Positions 16,591 through 20,000 of a DNA stretch of 20,000 nucleotides are shown here, piece by piece. A program made the position numbers and the translations under genes. The notes beneath the pieces are model-generated. The model was not told the origin of the DNA. It made no database searches and saw only the letters and a list, made by a program, of their open reading frames with translations. Position 1 is the first letter of the stretch, and each line of letters begins with the position of its first letter. This DNA is from an uncultured virus (IMG/VR IMGVR_UViG_3300025789_000002) (lineage: Duplodnaviria > Heunggongvirae > Uroviricota > Caudoviricetes), in the IMG/VR virus record IMGVR_UViG_3300025789_000002, one strand, 5' to 3'.

Positions 16591-17006
16591 TTAATTGCTA
16601 CCTGCTCTAGCATCCATTTTTGAAGTTCAACTAGTTGGAGCGTGGTTTCTGCGCATTGTCCAACAAGAATTGTGTAGGCGGTTGTTGCATCAGCGATGCT
16701 GGAGGCTGTGGAAATACCGGGCACTGTACTGGTACTGGGCTGGCGCACCCCGTTAACATAATACTGGCGTAAAAGAGCCAGCTTCGCATTATATTCATCT
16801 TGTATTCCTTTAGTTACTAATTCGTGTTGTTTTTGTATTGATTCAACATGTGCTTCTTGGGCTTTAGCTAAGGTTTCTTGTTCTTGTTTGTATTCCAAAT
16901 ATCTATTATTACCGATATGAAACCCACCATAAAAACAAATGCAAGCAACCAAAACAGCGGCTCCAATTTTGAAGTAATTAGCATATATACTTATTAAACT
17001 CCACAT
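16587..17006 (-). CDS. Rz-like inner-membrane spanin (139 aa)
   Basis: Single N-terminal TM helix (IGAAVLVACICFYGGF), then a coiled-coil and a C-terminal Cys. It contains an embedded lipoprotein ORF and lies in the lysis cassette. Confidence 0.8.
   Translation of the reverse strand: MWSLISIYANYFKIGAAVLVACICFYGGFHIGNNRYLEYKQEQETLAKAQEAHVESIQKQHELVTKGIQDEYNAKLALLRQYYVNGVRQPSTSTVPGISTASSIADATTAYTILVGQCAETTLQLVELQKWMLEQVAIK
16631..16798 (-). CDS. Rz1-like outer-membrane lipoprotein spanin (55 aa), embedded in Rz
   Basis: Alternate frame read by hand, with SD AAGGA 7 nt before the ATG: MNIMRSWLFYASIMLTGCASPVPVQCPVFPQPPASLMQQPPTQFLLDNAQKPRSN-TAG. It has a signal peptide, lipobox LTGC (Cys18) and a Pro-rich mature part with a second Cys. 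Confidence 0.85.
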   Translation of the reverse strand: MNIMRSWLFYASIMLTGCASPVPVQCPVFPQPPASLMQQPPTQFLLDNAQKPRSN

Positions 17007-17230
17007 TATTCTGGTTCCGTATCTTTTTTCATCATTACTGCAGCACCATGAGCACCGGCAACAATGCCTACAGCTTCTGCAAACTCCCTAAGATTAACTG
17101 GGCCGGAATGCATTAACTCATATCCAGCACCAGCAATTATTGCAATTAAAGAAATCATCCAGCTCCATCTTGCAATGTCTTGCGTATGGTTATCTTTGCC
17201 TGTTAGGAGCTGGGTGAAAAACTCTTTCAT
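17006..17230 (-). CDS. Putative holin (74 aa, two hydrophobic segments)
   Basis: Two TM-like stretches (WSWMISLIAIIAGAGY; FAEAVGIVAGAHGAAVMM) and a charged C-terminus. It is the first gene of the holin-spanin-endolysin cluster. Confidence 0.55.
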   Translation of the reverse strand: MKEFFTQLLTGKDNHTQDIARWSWMISLIAIIAGAGYELMHSGPVNLREFAEAVGIVAGAHGAAVMMKKDTEPE

Positions 17231-17433
17231 TTTTTCTTAGTGCGAGGGGTCTTAGCAGCTACAGCGAGTTTCTTGGCACGAGTAGTAGCTTTCTTAACTA
17301 CAGGTTTTCTTTTTTCTGCTGGTACAGGAAAGGGCCAAGTATCTTCTATCTTTAAATCTACTTCGCCAACTTGCACATCAATTTTAGGCATATAGCCTAG
17401 CTTGTCCATTAACCATGTAAACGTAAAGTTCAT
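17227..17433 (-). CDS. Hypothetical protein (68 aa) with a WPFPV motif and a Lys/Ala-rich basic tail
   Basis: SD AAGGAG and ATGA overlaps at both ends. The C-terminus is KKATTRAKKLAVAAKTPRTKKK. Confidence 0.7.
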   Translation of the reverse strand: MNFTFTWLMDKLGYMPKIDVQVGEVDLKIEDTWPFPVPAEKRKPVVKKATTRAKKLAVAAKTPRTKKK

Positions 17434-17645
17434 GCTTGCTCCTTAGGTGCAGAAATAGAATCAGACAGCATTTTAAAGAATGTTGCTTTTCCGACCGATA
17501 GCTGATCTAAGTTAAACTTTGCAGAATCAATTTTGCGGTCTAAATCAATGCAATGATGAAATAACTGTTGTTGCTCTTTAGTTAAATCTTCATACTGGTA
17601 CTCTTTACCATCTATAGTGATAGGGGTCTTTTTATCTTGTCCCAT
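17430..17645 (-). CDS. Hypothetical protein (71 aa), resembles the DUF6447 pattern
   Basis: SD AAGGAG. ITIDGKEY beta-hairpin followed by a coiled-coil helix. The family resemblance is by eye only. Confidence 0.7.
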   Translation of the reverse strand: MGQDKKTPITIDGKEYQYEDLTKEQQQLFHHCIDLDRKIDSAKFNLDQLSVGKATFFKMLSDSISAPKEQA

Positions 17646-17656
17646 ACTATTCTCCT

Positions 17657-17684
17657 TAAAATACCGCCAAAATAGGCTGGCGGT
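17657..17684 (-). terminator. Intergenic hairpin, possibly a weak terminator or attenuator
   Basis: ACCGCCA (17663..17669) / 8-nt loop / TGGCGGT (17678..17684). On the minus strand it is followed by ATTTT and then directly by the SD AAGGAG of the next gene. Confidence 0.5.
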
Positions 17685-17689
17685 TTGCC

Positions 17690-17920
17690 TTACTTATTAA
17701 TTGCTGCAATAAAGGGGGCTAAATCATTAGAGCCGTAATAATTCGCACCTTTAGCTACTTGGATTTGTAGGTGTTCTTTATTACGAGTGACCGTGTCCGC
17801 CCATTCTGCATCAGTTCCATACCAATCCGCTGGCTTACCGGCATTAATTAGATTAACTGAATCCATTGCAGCTTGATACTCTCGAGCGATTTGCTCTGTT
17901 GTTGGTTTAATAATTTCCAT
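17690..17920 (-). CDS. Hypothetical protein (76 aa) downstream of the tail fibre, possibly a fibre-associated chaperone
   Basis: SD AAGGAG and a helical sequence (AAMDSVNLIN...TVTRNKEHL). The chaperone role is inferred from position only. Confidence 0.65.
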   Translation of the reverse strand: MEIIKPTTEQIAREYQAAMDSVNLINAGKPADWYGTDAEWADTVTRNKEHLQIQVAKGANYYGSNDLAPFIAAINK

Positions 17921-17933
17921 TTTTTAAATCTCC

Positions 17934-20000
17934 TTAATAAAGTTCAGACCAAAAACTTAGATTTGCTGGGCTACCACCACCACCTACTGAATATGTTCCA
18001 CCAGCGGGTACTATAAATGAAGCAGTCCAAGAAACACTATTTCCTTGGGTAGTATAAGTCCCCACTGAAACTCCACTTACAGTAGCATTACCATAAATAC
18101 TATTACCATTAATGCCCACGTTAACCATAATAGGATAGGTTCGTGAATTTGTATAAGTACCACCATTAAATGAATGTGTTCCTGAAGCATCATGCCAAGT
18201 TTCACCGGTCATTCCAAGACCCAATTGCTTGTAAGCTAATGCACTTCCAGTAGAAGCTAAGGCATATCCAGAAGTCCCAACAGAAGTTAATCCAGTACCG
18301 CCGTTAGCTACATTTAAAGTACCCGCAAGAGTAACTGCTCCTGTTGTTCCAGTAGAAGGGGTTAAACCAGTTGTACCTGCAGAGAATGAAGATACGCCAA
18401 GAGTGGATAAGTTAACCCAAGTAGGTGCGCCAGAAGAACCGTTAGATTGTAGTATTTGCCCAGAGGTTCCATAATTTCCGCCACCTAGCCCCATTGCACC
18501 AGAACCGTTAAATATTTGTCTTGGGTTTCCGACACCATCTGATAAAACAACAAAATTTGAACCGGTAGCATTTACTTCAGTACCCGCACCACCTTGATAC
18601 CCACCAATAATTACATTAAGATTTCCTGTAGTTACACCAAATCCAGAAGGGTTATATCCACCACCAAAGAATTGGTTTCCATAACCAGTAGTTAAGTTAT
18701 ATCCTGAATTAGAACCTACGCAAGTATTTCCGTATATAGAATTATTTGAATTTGAAGTGTAACCAGCAGCATCACCAACGAAAGTATTTCCATTAGATGT
18801 TGTGCTATACCCTGCTACCCTTCCTAATGCCACATTGTTTGTACCAGTTTGATTTGTGTAAAGTGCTTGATAACCAAAACCAGTATTACTACCGCCAGTT
18901 GTGTTTCCTTGAAGTGCGTAAAAACCATAAGCTGTATTAACATTTCCAGTTGTGTTTGACACTAAAGCAGCTTGCCCAAAAGCGCAGTTATATGCGCCTG
19001 TTGTGTTGTAATACATAGCAGACAAACCAATAGCAGTGTTATATGCGCCTGTTGTGTTGCTGTAAAGAGCTTGAGCACCAACAGCGGTAATAAGGCTACC
19101 AGTAGTGTTTGAATAAGCAGCCTGATAACCTACTGCAGTGTTGTTAGATGCAGTGGTGTTTGCTTGTAACGAACCCGTGCCAATAGCTGTATTATTTCCA
19201 CCAGTAGTATTTGACAATAATGAAGTTTGACCAAAAGCAGCGTTATAACTTGCAGTCGTATTGGCTGTTAATGCCCTATCACCAAAAGCTGCATTATATC
19301 CTGTTGTATTTGCATAACCAGTTAGATAACCAAAAAAACAATTTTGACTTTGTGTAGTAGTGCTGTAACCAGCCTGATAACCTACTGCGGTGTTGTTAGA
19401 AGCTGTGGTGTTATGAGAAAGTGCTCCATTACCAACAGCCACGTTAGAGGTTCCTGTAGTGTTGTTATAAAGTGTTGGATAACCCGTTGTATCTAATGAC
19501 CCAAGCGCTGTATTAAAGCTGCCTGTGGTATTTAAGCCCATACTGCCATAACCTATAGAACTATTATATCCTCCTGTTGTATTACCTACAGCAGCTTGAT
19601 AGCCTATAGCTGTAATACCTGTGGCAGTTGTGTTATTAAGAGCGGCTTGGAAGCCAATAGCGGTATTGCTGGACGCAGTATTAGCTTGTAGTGCCCCAAC
19701 ACCCACGGCAACGTTGTTTATACCTGTTACGTTTGTTGTTAATGCAATTGTCCCAATAGCAGTATTATTACTACCTGTTGTATTACCTACAGCAGCTTGA
19801 TAGCCTAATGCTACGTTGTTGCTTGCAGTAGTGTTTGAAGTAAGAGCTTGCTGACCCAATGCTGTATTTCCAGCACCCGTGGTATTTTGTGATAGGGCTG
19901 AATTACCAAAAGCCGAATTAGATGTGCCAGTTGTGTTATTAAGAAGAGCGCTATATCCAACGGCTGTATGTCCGGCGCCTGTTGTGTTGTTAGACAAAGA
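17934..20000 (-). CDS. Tail fibre / receptor-binding protein with ~16-17-aa NTTG-x-x-N-x-A-x-G repeats (5' partial)
   Basis: The frame is open to the window edge and contains many N-T-T-G/A..N-T/V-A-hydrophobic-G..AL repeats, consistent with a beta-solenoid. Fibre linkers (GTSGQILQSNG..APTW; TLNVANGGTG) and a C-terminal tip domain (TYTNSRTYPIMVNV...FIVPAGGTY...WSELY) follow. Confidence 0.8.
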   Translation of the reverse strand, partial: SLSNNTTGAGHTAVGYSALLNNTTGTSNSAFGNSALSQNTTGAGNTALGQQALTSNTTASNNVALGYQAAVGNTTGSNNTAIGTIALTTNVTGINNVAVGVGALQANTASSNTAIGFQAALNNTTATGITAIGYQAAVGNTTGGYNSSIGYGSMGLNTTGSFNTALGSLDTTGYPTLYNNTTGTSNVAVGNGALSHNTTASNNTAVGYQAGYSTTTQSQNCFFGYLTGYANTTGYNAAFGDRALTANTTASYNAAFGQTSLLSNTTGGNNTAIGTGSLQANTTASNNTAVGYQAAYSNTTGSLITAVGAQALYSNTTGAYNTAIGLSAMYYNTTGAYNCAFGQAALVSNTTGNVNTAYGFYALQGNTTGGSNTGFGYQALYTNQTGTNNVALGRVAGYSTTSNGNTFVGDAAGYTSNSNNSIYGNTCVGSNSGYNLTTGYGNQFFGGGYNPSGFGVTTGNLNVIIGGYQGGAGTEVNATGSNFVVLSDGVGNPRQIFNGSGAMGLGGGNYGTSGQILQSNGSSGAPTWVNLSTLGVSSFSAGTTGLTPSTGTTGAVTLAGTLNVANGGTGLTSVGTSGYALASTGSALAYKQLGLGMTGETWHDASGTHSFNGGTYTNSRTYPIMVNVGINGNSIYGNATVSGVSVGTYTTQGNSVSWTASFIVPAGGTYSVGGGGSPANLSFWSELY
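18987..19807. repeat. Direct DNA repeats within the tail fibre gene
   Basis: Exact 34-bp repeat at 19573..19606 and 19774..19807. Exact 22-bp repeat at 18987..19008 and 19038..19059. A ~43-bp repeat with 3 mismatches at 19118..19160 and 19370..19412. All spacings are multiples of 3. Confidence 0.9.

Noticed and set aside
18987..19807. Direct repeats as a CRISPR array or a diversity-generating retroelement TR/VR pair
   Set aside because: The repeats are in-frame coding units with irregular spacing. Mismatches are synonymous third-position changes rather than adenine-specific, and there is no cas or reverse transcriptase gene in the window.
1..20000. Alternative genetic code or stop-codon readthrough
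   Set aside because: Genes tile the window almost without gaps under the standard code, and TAA, TAG and TGA all occur as plausible stops.

Overview
The window is a 20 kb piece of a tailed dsDNA phage genome, probably a podovirus-like phage. An embedded lipoprotein spanin indicates a Gram-negative host. On the + strand, the 3' part of a DUF927-type P-loop helicase gene and a small ORF converge on a long, translationally coupled - strand late operon. In transcription order the operon encodes a partial repeat-rich tail fibre, three small proteins, a putative holin, an Rz-like i-spanin, a GH19 endolysin, a tail nozzle/stabilisation-like protein, a 96-aa virion protein, and three large putative ejection proteins (742, 969 and 2123 aa) with a GNAT acetyltransferase among them. 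Four features not explained by the ORF track stand out. (1) A fully embedded Rz1-like o-spanin with an LTGC lipobox (16631..16798). (2) A 58-aa gene with its own Shine-Dalgarno, apparently overprinted on a disordered linker of the 2123-aa protein (6405..6581). (3) A possible promoter-driven ~70-nt two-hairpin small RNA carrying an anti-Shine-Dalgarno sequence at the convergence point. (4) A recurring hydrophobic-A-x-G-G motif shared between the ejection proteins, suggestive of a processing or packaging signal. No CRISPR array, tRNA, rRNA or mobile element was seen. All family calls come from motif recognition by eye; no database search was run.
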